Assembly (NCBI GenBank): GCA_963720545.1
Contig: OY970399.1
Span: 3,456,001 to 3,520,000, forward strand
DNA from: an uncultured Acidobacteriota bacterium
Lineage (GTDB): Bacteria; Acidobacteriota; Vicinamibacteria; Fen-336
Direction: 5' to 3'
DNA: 64,000 nucleotides
Part shown: positions 48,209 through 59,404 of the stretch, piece after piece
Layout: each line of letters begins with the position of its first letter
Position numbering within the stretch: position 1 is the stretch's first letter
Position numbers and translations under genes: made by a program
The notes under the pieces: model-generated
Databases searched by the model: none
What the model was told of the DNA's origin: nothing
Seen by the model: the letters and a program-made list of their open reading frames with translations, nothing else

Positions 48209-48621
48209 CGCGGCGCAGGCTCCGGCGCTGGCACCACCGCGGTTGCCTCGATCTCGACCCGTGCCCGCTCCTCGAGCAGCGACTTCACCTCGACGAGCGT
48301 CATCGCCGGATAGTGGCGGCCCATCCGTTCGCGGTAGAGCGCGCCGACTTCCTGCAGCGAGCGCAGGTACTCCGCCTTGTCGACCACGAAGATCGTGAGC
48401 CGGCCGATGCAGTCGGGCGCGCCGCCGGCCGCGCGCACCACCGCCAGCACGTTGTCGAGCGCCTGCGCGAACTGCGCGGGGAACGCGTCGGAGGCAAATT
48501 GCCCGTCCGCGTCCCAACCAACCTGACCGGCGACGAACAGCAGCGCGCCGCGCCCCTGCATGCCGTGGCTGAACCCGCGCGGCGCCGCAAGCTCCCTCGG
48601 GTTGACGGCGCGCAGGCTCAC
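48205..48621 (-). CDS. RidA/YjgF family protein (AbmF-like)
   Basis: 'PRGFSHG', 'LFVAGQVG', 'HYPAMTLVEV', 'VEIEATA'. Confidence 0.9.
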   Translation of the reverse strand: MSLRAVNPRELAAPRGFSHGMQGRGALLFVAGQVGWDADGQFASDAFPAQFAQALDNVLAVVRAAGGAPDCIGRLTIFVVDKAEYLRSLQEVGALYRERMGRHYPAMTLVEVKSLLEERARVEIEATAVVPAPEPAPR

Positions 48622-49379
48622 TGGACCTTGCCGCCGTCGATCGTGAGGGACTGGCCGGTGATGCCGTGGGCGGCGTCGCTGCACAGGTACGCCACGAGGT
48701 CCGCGACTTCCTGCGGAGCGATCAGGCGGTTCTGCGGGCTCAGCGCTGCGAGGTGCCGGCGGATCTCGTCCGCCGACTTGCCGGTCTTGCCGGTCATGCG
48801 CTCGATGCCGGCATCGGTCATCGGCGTGTCGACATAGCCGGGGCACACCGCGTTCACCGTGATCCCTTTGGCGGCCACTTCCAGCGCGACGCACTTCGTG
48901 AGCCCGAGCAGTCCATGCTTGCTCGCGGCGTAGGCGGCGATATACGGCGATCCCGACTTGCCGGCGATCGACGCCATGGTGACGATGCGGCCCCAGGACG
49001 CCGCCAGCATGTCGGGCAGCGCGTTGCGGATGGCGTAAAAGCTCGCCGTCAGGTTGAGCTGCAGCGCGCCGTGCCATTGCTCATCGGTTGTCTTGTGGAC
49101 GAGCGCCGAGGGCGCCATGCCGGCCGACGGCACCAGCACTGCAATCGGGCCATGTGCCGCACGCGCCGCGTCGAAAGCGCGCGCCACCTCGTCGTCGCGC
49201 GCGATGTCGGCTGCGATCGCCGTCGCGGCCCCGCCGCCGGCACGAATCGCTGCAACCACTGAGTCGAGGTCGGCGCCGGTGCGGGCAATGACCGACACCG
49301 CGTGCCCGGTCCGGGCCAGCGTCACTGCCACGGCCTTGCCGATGCCGCGCCCGCCGCCCGTCACCACCGCATGCCGCAC
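48618..49379 (-). CDS. SDR family oxidoreductase (3-hydroxyacyl-CoA dehydrogenase; AbmB-like)
   Basis: TGGGRGIG, YAASK, 'NAVCPGYVDT'; GTG start 7 nt after TAGAAT (alternative start 49388). Confidence 0.92.
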   Translation of the reverse strand: MRHAVVTGGGRGIGKAVAVTLARTGHAVSVIARTGADLDSVVAAIRAGGGAATAIAADIARDDEVARAFDAARAAHGPIAVLVPSAGMAPSALVHKTTDEQWHGALQLNLTASFYAIRNALPDMLAASWGRIVTMASIAGKSGSPYIAAYAASKHGLLGLTKCVALEVAAKGITVNAVCPGYVDTPMTDAGIERMTGKTGKSADEIRRHLAALSPQNRLIAPQEVADLVAYLCSDAAHGITGQSLTIDGGKVQ

Positions 49380-49474
49380 GGCGGGCATTCTATGCGCTCG
49401 GCTGGGGCGCCCGGCTCGGCTTCTGCGGCGGCCGCCGCCATCGGTGGCGCGTCAGCCGGCTGAATCCATTCATC

Positions 49475-49503
49475 TTGACGTTCCCTGACATTTCCAGTAG
49501 AAC
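49475..49503 (+). promoter_or_regulatory. Sigma70 promoter of the S8 protease gene
   Basis: TTGACG-N17-TAGAAC. Confidence 0.55.
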
Positions 49504-49596
49504 CGCCCGCACAAGGCGTCTCGCTCGAGCTGTTTATCGTCAGATAGGCCAGCTTTGGGTCCCTCCCTCGGCGCCGCCAAGAAACTGGAGAATTGG

Positions 49597-52500
49597 ATGA
49601 ATCGAGCACTCGGTCTGTCAGGACTGGCCCTCGGCCTGTGCCTTGCCGGAACCATGGGTCTTGCCGCGGACAGCGGCCAGTTCCGTGCAACCCCTCTTGA
49701 GGGCGGCGCGGCCGTCTCGCTTCCCAAGTCTGCGAAAGGCGAGGTGAGCGTCATCGTGAAGTGGGCGTCGCCGTCGCTGGCGGCGTACAAGGGTGGCATT
49801 GCCGGGCTGTCGGCGACGAGCGCGCAAGGCGGAAAGCGCCTCGATCCCAGTTCGCCCGGAGCCAGGGCATACAGCAAATTCCTGGCCGACAAGGAAAAGA
49901 ATTTCGAGGGCGCCATGAAGGCGCGCATTCCCGGCGCACGCCTCGTCCACCGCTTCCGCAACATCATCGGCGGCGTGTCGGTGGTGCTGCCCAAGGACCG
50001 GGTGAAGGAACTCTCGCGCCTGCCCGGAGTCGAGGCCGTCTATCCCGACACCATACTGGCGCTCGACACCAACCGCAGCCCGGTGAACATAGACGTCCCG
50101 GCGCTCTGGAACAAGCTCGGCGGCCAGAATCGCAGCGGCCGCGGCATCATCGTCGGCATCGTCGACACCGGCATCTGGCCCGAGCATCCGTCGGTCGCTC
50201 CCGCCGGCATGCCGGCGCCGCCGGCCAAGTGGCACGGCACGCACTGCGAATTCGGCTCGGCCATCCCCGGCGACGCGGCCTTCGCCTGCAACAACAAGCT
50301 GATCGGCGCGCAGCGCTTCATGGCCACGTTCGACGCTTTCGGCGGCGGCGCGGGCACGCCCCTTCCCGGCGAGTTCCTCTCCGCGCGCGACAACAACGGC
50401 CACGGCTCGCACACCGCCACCACTGCCGCCGGCAACGCCAATGTCGTCACCCCCGGCGGCCAGGTCGTGAGCGGCATGGCCCCGAAGGCGCATCTCGCGG
50501 CCTACAAGGTCTGCTTCACGGTCCCCGACAGCCGCGGCTCGTGCTATTCGTCCGACTCCGCCGCGGCCATCGAACAGGCGATAGCCGACGGCGTCGACGT
50601 CATCAACTTCTCGATCGGCGGCGGCAACAGCCCGTACTCCGACGTGGTCTCGCTCGCGTTCCTCGATGCCTATGACGCCGGCGTCTTCGTCGCGACCTCG
50701 GCCGGCAACGACGGTCCCGGCGCCAACACGGTCGGCCACCGCGAGCCGTGGGTCACCACCGTTGCCGCGACCACCACCGACAAGGGCTTCAACGGCTCTG
50801 CCGACCTCGCGGCCACCGGCGCCTCGCTGACCGTCACCGGCAAGTCGTCCACCGGCAACGTCAATTCCGCCGCGCCCATCGTCCTGTCGGCGACCGCCGC
50901 CGGCTACAACGACGACCTCTGCCTCAACGCGGCTCCTGCTGGCAGCCTCACCGGCAAGATCGTCGCGTGCAAGCGCGGCACCAACGCGCGCGTCTCCAAG
51001 GGCGTCAACGTCCTCGCTGGCGGTGCGGTTGGCATGATCCTCTACAACCCCGCGCCGAACACCCTGAACGCCGATTCGCACGCGCTGCCCGCGCTGCACA
51101 TCGACAACGTCCAGGGCGCGGCGCTGGTCGCGTTCTTGACCGCGAATCCGGCCGCCACCAGCAACATCATTGGCGGCGCGGACGACCTCACCGGCATCCG
51201 CGACCAGGTGGCGGGCTTCAGCTCGCGCGGCGGCTCCGCGCAGCAGCTCGGCATCAGCAAGCCGGACGTCGGCGCTCCCGGCGTCGACATCCTCGCCGCC
51301 CAGACGCCGCTGCTCGCGGCGGTCACCACCGCCGGCCTCGTCAACGGCCAGCTGTTCCAGATCATCAGCGGCACGTCGATGGCGAGCCCGCACGTCGCGG
51401 GCACCGCGGCGCTGCTGAAGCAGAGCCATCCCGACTGGACGCCCGGCCAGATCAAGTCGGCGCTCATGATGACGGCGAACGTCGACAACATCATGAACGA
51501 CACCGGCACGGCCACCAACAACTTCGACGCCGGCACCGGCCGCATCACGGCCTTCTACGCCGACCGCCCGGGCGTCACAATCGCCGACTCCGGCGACAAC
51601 TACGTGCTGCTGCAGGACAACCTCTCGGTTGCCAACTACCCGAGCCTGTACGTGCCGACAATGGCCGGCAAGGTCACCGTGCAGCGCACGCTGAAGAGCG
51701 TCGAAGCTGCTTCGCGCAAGTGGAGCATCTGGGTGGAGTCGAGCGACGGCCTGTTCGTCTCGGTGCCAGGCTCCGTGACGATCGCCGGCGGAGCGTCGAA
51801 GACGATCTCGATCGGCATCGACGCCAGCGACGTGCCGCTCGGCGAGACCCGCTTCGCGACGGTGCGCATGGAGAGCGTCAAGGGCGTCAGCAAGATCGGG
51901 TTGCGCTTCCCGGTCACGGTGGTCCGCAAGCAGGCGGGCATCAACCTCACCCAGAGCTGCACGCCGACCACCGTGCTCGCCGCCGGCGCCGCGGGCGGAC
52001 CGACGAACACGGTCTGCACGGTGACGGCGGTCAACAACCTGGCCACCGCGCAGGCGGTGCAGATTGTCGACAAGGTTCCCGGCCAGCTGAAGGTCAAGTC
52101 GGTCAGCGGTGGCACGCGCACGGGCAACACGGTGCGCGGCGCAGCCACCCTCTCGGCATCGCTGCCGCCGGGTGTCAACGTCGTCAGCGGCACCAGCCCC
52201 GCTGGCTACTTGCCGCTCGCGCTGTTCGGCGTTCCCGTGACCGGCGGGATCGGTGACGAGACCATCGTCAACTTCAACGTGCCGGCATTCCAGTACGCAG
52301 GCACCACCTACACCAGGATCGGCGTCGTCAGCAACGGCTACGTGGTGGTTGGCGGCGGCGCCGGCGCCGACGTCAACTTCAACAACCAGAGCCTGCCCAA
52401 CGGCGCCGTCCCGAACAACGTCCTCGCACCGTTCTGGAGCGACCTCAACCCGGCCGCCGCCGCGGCCGGCGACGGCGTGCGCGTCAGCACGCTGACCGAC

Positions 52501-52914
52501 GGCGTGAACAACTGGATCGTCGTCGACTTTCAGAACGTGCCCAACTTCAGCAACGCCGCCCAGAAGAACTCGTTCCAGATCTGGATCGGGTACAACGGCG
52601 TTCAGGACGTCAGCTTCGTATACGACGTCATCACCAACGGCGAAGGCGGTGCCCTCACCGTCGGCGCGGAAAACGCCGGCGGCACCAGCGGCGCCAACTG
52701 GTACTACAACGGCACCGGTTCGTTGCCGACCGCGGCGACCGAACTGAACGTGACCAGCACTCCGGCCCAGGCCGGCGGCTCGCTGACGTTCAGCTACACC
52801 GCGGCCGGCGCTTACTTCGGCCCCTGGAAGACCTGCGCGGAAATGACCGCCGCCGGCATCTTCGGGACGTCGACGGCGTGCGTCAACGGGACTACGGCCA
52901 ACAGCATTCCGTAG
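49597..52914 (+). CDS. S8 subtilisin-like serine protease with I9 propeptide, PA domain and C-terminal beta-sandwich domains
   Basis: GGAG RBS; signal peptide; catalytic motifs 'IVDTGIWPEH', 'GHGSHTATTAAG', 'SGTSMASPHVAG'. Confidence 0.93.
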   Translation: MNRALGLSGLALGLCLAGTMGLAADSGQFRATPLEGGAAVSLPKSAKGEVSVIVKWASPSLAAYKGGIAGLSATSAQGGKRLDPSSPGARAYSKFLADKEKNFEGAMKARIPGARLVHRFRNIIGGVSVVLPKDRVKELSRLPGVEAVYPDTILALDTNRSPVNIDVPALWNKLGGQNRSGRGIIVGIVDTGIWPEHPSVAPAGMPAPPAKWHGTHCEFGSAIPGDAAFACNNKLIGAQRFMATFDAFGGGAGTPLPGEFLSARDNNGHGSHTATTAAGNANVVTPGGQVVSGMAPKAHLAAYKVCFTVPDSRGSCYSSDSAAAIEQAIADGVDVINFSIGGGNSPYSDVVSLAFLDAYDAGVFVATSAGNDGPGANTVGHREPWVTTVAATTTDKGFNGSADLAATGASLTVTGKSSTGNVNSAAPIVLSATAAGYNDDLCLNAAPAGSLTGKIVACKRGTNARVSKGVNVLAGGAVGMILYNPAPNTLNADSHALPALHIDNVQGAALVAFLTANPAATSNIIGGADDLTGIRDQVAGFSSRGGSAQQLGISKPDVGAPGVDILAAQTPLLAAVTTAGLVNGQLFQIISGTSMASPHVAGTAALLKQSHPDWTPGQIKSALMMTANVDNIMNDTGTATNNFDAGTGRITAFYADRPGVTIADSGDNYVLLQDNLSVANYPSLYVPTMAGKVTVQRTLKSVEAASRKWSIWVESSDGLFVSVPGSVTIAGGASKTISIGIDASDVPLGETRFATVRMESVKGVSKIGLRFPVTVVRKQAGINLTQSCTPTTVLAAGAAGGPTNTVCTVTAVNNLATAQAVQIVDKVPGQLKVKSVSGGTRTGNTVRGAATLSASLPPGVNVVSGTSPAGYLPLALFGVPVTGGIGDETIVNFNVPAFQYAGTTYTRIGVVSNGYVVVGGGAGADVNFNNQSLPNGAVPNNVLAPFWSDLNPAAAAAGDGVRVSTLTDGVNNWIVVDFQNVPNFSNAAQKNSFQIWIGYNGVQDVSFVYDVITNGEGGALTVGAENAGGTSGANWYYNGTGSLPTAATELNVTSTPAQAGGSLTFSYTAAGAYFGPWKTCAEMTAAGIFGTSTACVNGTTANSIP

Positions 52915-52942
52915 GCCCCTAACCGTTTCGTAGCAAGGAGTA

Positions 52943-52975
52943 AAGCGCCCCTGGGGCAAACCCCCAGGGGCGTTT
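52943..52975 (+). terminator. Intrinsic terminator
   Basis: AAGCGCCCCTGGGG stem pairing with CCCCAGGGGCGTTT after the S8 stop. Confidence 0.75.
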
Positions 52976-52978
52976 CAG

Positions 52979-53008
52979 TTGACGGATCAAACCGAGGTTA
53001 GGTACTCT
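52979..53008 (+). promoter_or_regulatory. Sigma70 promoter of hppA
   Basis: TTGACG-N18-TACTCT. Confidence 0.55.
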
Positions 53009-53057
53009 GCCCGGTCCCGTCCGTAGCCCCGACCAACCACAGGAGAAACCGGCCACG

Positions 53058-55226
<2,169 letters not shown>

Positions 55227-55250
55227 CGAGCGGTCAATTCGTCGTGCAAC

Positions 55251-55278
55251 AAGCCCCGGCCACAGCGGCCGGGGCTTT
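55251..55278 (+). terminator. Intrinsic terminator
   Basis: AAGCCCCGGCC-ACAGC-GGCCGGGGCTTT. Confidence 0.75.
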
Positions 55279-55296
55279 CGTCTTTGCGGCCAAGCA

Positions 55297-55600
55297 CTAG
55301 CGCTGGAACACGTAGACCTTGCCGTTTTTCACCGACGAGACCGTGCCCGGGACCGCGACCGCCGTGGTCGCGCCGTCGCTGTCGATCGCCTTTGCGCCCG
55401 TGCTGCGAAGATCAGCGTGCGCCTTGGGCCGAGGGCGGCAGCGAAGCGACCAGCACGGCGCTCTCGGCTGTCGCCTGCGCCCAGCCGCCGCTCGGCTTCG
55501 TGTAGACGAATATGGCACCCGGCCGGGTGATGCCCGAAATAAGCGCGCGCGGCGCGCCGACTGCGATCACGTCGCCGTCAACCGCGACGCCGGTGTCCTT
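55297..55600 (-). pseudogene. Remnant of an FG-GAP-repeat protein gene
   Basis: Two frames read 'GVAVDGDVIAVGAP...GAIFVYTKPSGGW' and 'AIDSDGATTAVAVPG...GKVYVFQR*'; no proper start; frameshift near 55410. Confidence 0.55.
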
Positions 55601-55727
55601 CGCATGGCAACGATCCTTTTCGGCGGGACTATGCGAGCGGTCACTTGCGCGGGCATGGTGCGTGGCCTACGATCCGCAACGGTCGAACCCAACGTTCGCC
55701 AAGGGGCCGTCAGAGAAAGGGTGAAGC

Positions 55728-55934
55728 ATGGCGAAAGCGCGGCGCACGACTCACAGGAGCCGCTCCGGCAAGAAGCTTTACGCGGTGCGGGACAGCAAGG
55801 GACGCTTCAAGGACATCCAGACCTACGAGCGCGCGATGCGCGGCGACCTGGCGCGCAGCGCCGGCAGCGAGACCTCGAAGAAGTCCCGGAAGGCGACCGC
55901 AGCAAAGAAGAAGGCGGCCGCCCGCAAGAAGTAG
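55728..55934 (+). CDS. Small basic hypothetical protein with a Lys/Ala-rich tail
   Basis: 68 aa; 'THRSRSGKKLYAVRDSKGRFKDIQTY'; purine-rich RBS; followed by a hairpin. Confidence 0.75.
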   Translation: MAKARRTTHRSRSGKKLYAVRDSKGRFKDIQTYERAMRGDLARSAGSETSKKSRKATAAKKKAAARKK

Positions 55935-55954
55935 GGGACGGTCCGCAAAAAAAG

Positions 55955-55992
55955 AAAGGCCGCCGTTTCCCCGCGGGGCGCCGGCGGCCTTC
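55955..55992. terminator. Probable bidirectional terminator
   Basis: AAGGCCGCCG...CGGCGGCCTT stem between convergent genes, with an A-tract on its left. Confidence 0.6.
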
Positions 55993-56024
55993 GACTTTGT
56001 CGAGGGGGATTCCCTCTGCGGCTG

Positions 56025-56582
56025 CTACTTCGCGGTGAAGTTGGTGGACAGGGAAGTGGGGCCCCAGCTCATCCGGAACGTTCCGCCGCCGGCTGCTTCC
56101 TTGAGGTCGATCGTGAACAGCTCGGCCGCCGGGCTGACCGGTGCTTCGGTGAGCGGCGCCTCAGCGACCTTCTTGCGGTCCTTGTCGTTGAAGTTCAGCG
56201 ACCACTTGTCTTCGGCCACGCGGGTGGCAGTGAGGATGTAGGTGCCGGCGGGGACCGTGACCGTGCCGAACGTCAGTTCGGCCTGGGTGTTGAGCGTGGT
56301 GGCGCCGTCCTTGCCCATGCGCCACGGCTTGCCGACCTCGGCGAGCTTCAGGGGATCGCGGCCCTGGAGAGCTGGACGGCCGTAATCGATCGACACCGTC
56401 TTGCCGGCGACCGTGACCTTCGCCTCGCCGCGCGGGGCGCCTGCCGCCGGATGCTCGGCCGGCGCGGCTGGGGCTGCCGGTGCGGCAGGAGCCGCCGGAG
56501 CCGGCTGGCTGGCCGGCGCCTGCGCCAGGGCGAATGCGGCGCCCGCGCCCGCGACTGCCAGCAGCAGAATGGTGGATTTCAT
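56025..56582 (-). CDS. DUF2911-like exported protein
   Basis: GAGGAGG RBS; signal peptide; 'IDYGRP..QGR', 'WRMG', 'VPAGTY', 'FTI...MSWG'. Confidence 0.8.
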   Translation of the reverse strand: MKSTILLLAVAGAGAAFALAQAPASQPAPAAPAAPAAPAAPAEHPAAGAPRGEAKVTVAGKTVSIDYGRPALQGRDPLKLAEVGKPWRMGKDGATTLNTQAELTFGTVTVPAGTYILTATRVAEDKWSLNFNDKDRKKVAEAPLTEAPVSPAAELFTIDLKEAAGGGTFRMSWGPTSLSTNFTAK

Positions 56583-56701
56583 CAATGACCCCTCCTCGGG
56601 ATGCTCTTGAAACGATGCGAGCATCGTAGAACGGAACCGGCCGCGCACAGCAGCGCCTGCTAGCAAAAAGGTGCAAAGCGCGCGCGCAGTCCAGCGCGGC
56701 G

Positions 56702-56992
56702 CTATTCCATGTCGAAGGGGTTGACTGGTTTCTTGTTCGGGTCGGCGGCGGCGCGCCTGCGGGCCTCTTCGAACTTCTTGTCCAGGATGTCCTTGCTATT
56801 GCGGGTCTGGTTCATGGAGCGTGCGAACTTGTCCTCGAGGGCGCCCCTTGAATTGCGCACGCGGTCCACCAGGTCGTCGAGGTCGTGCGCCGGGCCTTTT
56901 TTCTCCTCGACCCAGACGACGGCGCCGGTTTCGGCGTCGATTTTGAGCGACGCCTGGCAGCAGGGGCAGATAACATCCAAGGCTTCCGGCAT
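56702..56992 (-). CDS. Hypothetical protein with an N-terminal CPCC motif and coiled coil
   Basis: 96 aa; host-like codons; TAACAT 8 nt upstream of the ATG. Confidence 0.7.
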   Translation of the reverse strand: MPEALDVICPCCQASLKIDAETGAVVWVEEKKGPAHDLDDLVDRVRNSRGALEDKFARSMNQTRNSKDILDKKFEEARRRAAADPNKKPVNPFDME

Positions 56993-57040
56993 GGCTTTCG
57001 ATGTTAGCAGTGCGGGTTCTCACCACTGCCGGGAAAAGAG

Positions 57041-57069
57041 TTGAAGTTGAAAACGGTTTTCAGTATCGT
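57041..57069 (+). promoter_or_regulatory. bfd promoter with a Fur-like box
   Basis: TTGAAG-N17-TATCGT; 7-1-7 palindrome TGAAAAC-G-GTTTTCA (57048-62) in the spacer. Confidence 0.7.
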
Positions 57070-57076
57070 TTCAGCC

Positions 57077-57307
57077 ATGGCCACCACGCCGGTCGAGGCG
57101 CCCGGCTCCTCGAATCGCCGCACCAAGCAGCTGCGGGTGCGCGCGATGACGCGCTGCGAGTGCGCCGATGTCTCGTTCGCGGAGATGGCGGCGCGCATCG
57201 ACGAGGGCGAGCACCTCGACGCCGCGGCGCGCGCCACCGGCTGCGGCCAGACCTGCACCGCCTGCTGGCCCGATCTCGAGCGCTACCTGCTCGACCATCG
57301 CCGCTAA
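57077..57307 (+). CDS. bfd: Bacterioferritin-associated ferredoxin (2Fe-2S)
   Basis: CxC...CGQTCTAC, directly upstream of bfr. Confidence 0.8.
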   Translation: MATTPVEAPGSSNRRTKQLRVRAMTRCECADVSFAEMAARIDEGEHLDAAARATGCGQTCTACWPDLERYLLDHRR

Positions 57308-57360
57308 AAGCCGGGAGCGGCGGCGGTAGAATCGCGCCTTTAGCGGAGGCGCAGGCATTC

Positions 57361-57831
57361 ATGAAGGGCAATCAAGAAGTCATGGCGCTGCTGAACGAAG
57401 TGCTGTGCGCGGAGTTGACCGCGATCAACCAGTACTTCATCCACGGCATGATGTGCAAGAACTGGCACTACAAGAAGCTCGCCGAGATCGGCCGCAAGGA
57501 ATCGATCGAGGAGATGGAGCACGCGCAGGTCATCATCGACCGCATCCTCTACCTCGACGGCGTGCCCAACATGCAGAAGTACATGAAGGTGAACGTCGGC
57601 AAGACCATCCCCGAACAGTTCGACTTCGACCTCGACCTGGAGCGCGGCGCCGTCGAACGCTACAACCGCGGCATTGAACTGGCGCGCGAGAAGGGCGACA
57701 ACGGCACCCGTGCCATCCTCGAGAAGCTGCTGAGCCAGGAAGAGGACCACATCGACTGGCTCGAGGGCCAGATCAAGCAGATCCAGGACATGGGTCTCGA
57801 CAACTACCTCGCACAGCAGGTCGAGGGGTGA
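57361..57831 (+). CDS. bfr: Bacterioferritin
   Basis: 'MKGNQEV...ELTAINQYFIH', 'SIEEMEHA', 'EEDHIDWLE', 'GLDNYL'. Confidence 0.96.
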   Translation: MKGNQEVMALLNEVLCAELTAINQYFIHGMMCKNWHYKKLAEIGRKESIEEMEHAQVIIDRILYLDGVPNMQKYMKVNVGKTIPEQFDFDLDLERGAVERYNRGIELAREKGDNGTRAILEKLLSQEEDHIDWLEGQIKQIQDMGLDNYLAQQVEG

Positions 57832-58856
57832 GACGGGGAGCGTACCTTGCCTGTGCCGCCGCTGTCCTGGCGCAGGCGCCGGGCGCGCCGCCGGCTGCCG
57901 GAGAGCGCCACCTGCGTAACATCCGCCAGCTCACCTTCGGCGGCCAGAACGCCGAGGCGTACTGGAGCCCGGACGGCAAGTCGCTCGTCTACCAGTCGTC
58001 CGGCGAAGGCGTGCCGTGCGATCAGGAGTTCGTGATCGACGTCGAGAGCGGCAAGTCGCGGCGTGTCTCGGACGGCCGCGGCAAGACGACATGCGGCTAC
58101 TTCTACGATGGCGGGAAGCGCATCCTGTATGCAACGACAGGACTTGTCGCGCCGGCCTGCCCGCCGCCGCCCGACTTTTCGCAAGGATACGTATGGCCCA
58201 TGTATCAGGACTTCGACGTCGTCACGGCCAAGGCGGACGGCAGCGGCATCGCCAGGCTGACGGACACGCCCGGCTACGACGCGGAAGCGACCGTCTCGCC
58301 GGACGGCAAGGCGATCGTGTTCACCTCGGTGCGCGACGGCGACCTCGAGATCTACACGATGGATATCGACGGCAGGAACGTGAAGCGCCTGACGCACGAA
58401 GCGGGCTACGACGGCGGCGCCTTCTTTTCACCGGACGGCAAGCGCATTGTCTATCGCCGCGAGGCGCTTCGCGACGAGCCGGCGGCAGCGAAGTTCAAGG
58501 AGCGCCTGGCGCGCGGCCTGTATGCGCCCGGCAACCTCGAGATCTGGACGATGGACCGGGACGGCGCCAACAAGACACAGGTGACGCACCTCGGCGCGGC
58601 CTCGTTCGCGCCCTACTTCCACCCGGACGGCAAGCGCATCGTGTTCTCGAGCAACCATCCCGATCCGCGCGGCCGCAACTTCGACCTGTACATGATCGGC
58701 GCCGACGGCTCCGGGCTCGAGCAAGTCACGACCGACCCGAGCTTCGACGGCTTCCCGATGTTCTCGCCCGACGGCAAGCGCCTGGTGTTCGCCAGCAACC
58801 GCAACGGCAAGGTGCGCGGCGAGACCAACCTGTTCGTCGCCGACTGGGTCGAATGA
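57828..58856 (+). CDS. TolB-like PD40 beta-propeller protein
   Basis: Repeated 'SPDGK' and 'HPDGK' PD40 motifs; signal peptide. Confidence 0.88.
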   Translation: MRRGAYLACAAAVLAQAPGAPPAAGERHLRNIRQLTFGGQNAEAYWSPDGKSLVYQSSGEGVPCDQEFVIDVESGKSRRVSDGRGKTTCGYFYDGGKRILYATTGLVAPACPPPPDFSQGYVWPMYQDFDVVTAKADGSGIARLTDTPGYDAEATVSPDGKAIVFTSVRDGDLEIYTMDIDGRNVKRLTHEAGYDGGAFFSPDGKRIVYRREALRDEPAAAKFKERLARGLYAPGNLEIWTMDRDGANKTQVTHLGAASFAPYFHPDGKRIVFSSNHPDPRGRNFDLYMIGADGSGLEQVTTDPSFDGFPMFSPDGKRLVFASNRNGKVRGETNLFVADWVE

Positions 58857-59404
58857 CGATAGCAACGGCACAGGCGAAGGCACAGCTCTCGCTGCTGGTG
58901 AACGGCGAGCCCCGCGAGGTGGTGGCGCCCGTCCACCATTCGCTGCTCGAGGTGCTGCGCGAGGAGCTGGCGCTGCCCGGCACCAAGCACGGCTGCGAAC
59001 TGGGCGAGTGCGGCACTTGCACCGTGCTGCTCGATGGCCAGCCTGTGCTCTCGTGCCTGGTGCTGCCCGTCGAATGCGCGGGCCGCGCGATCCGCACCGT
59101 CGAAGCCATGGCCGAGGGTGCCAACCTGCACCCGCTGCAGCAGGCCTTCATCGACACCGGCGCCGCGCAGTGCGGCTATTGCACGCCGGGCTTCCTGCTT
59201 TGCGCCGAGTCGCTCCTTGCCTCCGATCCGGCTCCGGCGCGCGACACCATCGTCGCGGCGCTCGCCGGCAACCTGTGCCGCTGCACCGGCTACCTCAAGA
59301 TCTTCGAGGCGGTGGAGCTGGCCGCGGCGCGCATGCGCGGCGAATCGCCCGCGCTGCCGGTGGCGGCGGAAGTGCTCGCCGACGACTCGGGCCGGCTGCC
59401 GTGA
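58853..59404 (+). CDS. hcrC: 2x[2Fe-2S] subunit of a xanthine-oxidase-family enzyme (HcrC-like)
   Basis: 'GTKHGCELGECGTC', 'QCGYCTPG', 'GNLCRCTGY'. Confidence 0.75.
   Translation: MTIATAQAKAQLSLLVNGEPREVVAPVHHSLLEVLREELALPGTKHGCELGECGTCTVLLDGQPVLSCLVLPVECAGRAIRTVEAMAEGANLHPLQQAFIDTGAAQCGYCTPGFLLCAESLLASDPAPARDTIVAALAGNLCRCTGYLKIFEAVELAAARMRGESPALPVAAEVLADDSGRLP

Noticed and set aside
57900..58800. Recurring 'CCGGACGGCAAG' sequences as a DNA repeat or CRISPR array
   Set aside because: They are codons for the PD40 'PDGK' protein repeats, with irregular spacing and no cas genes.
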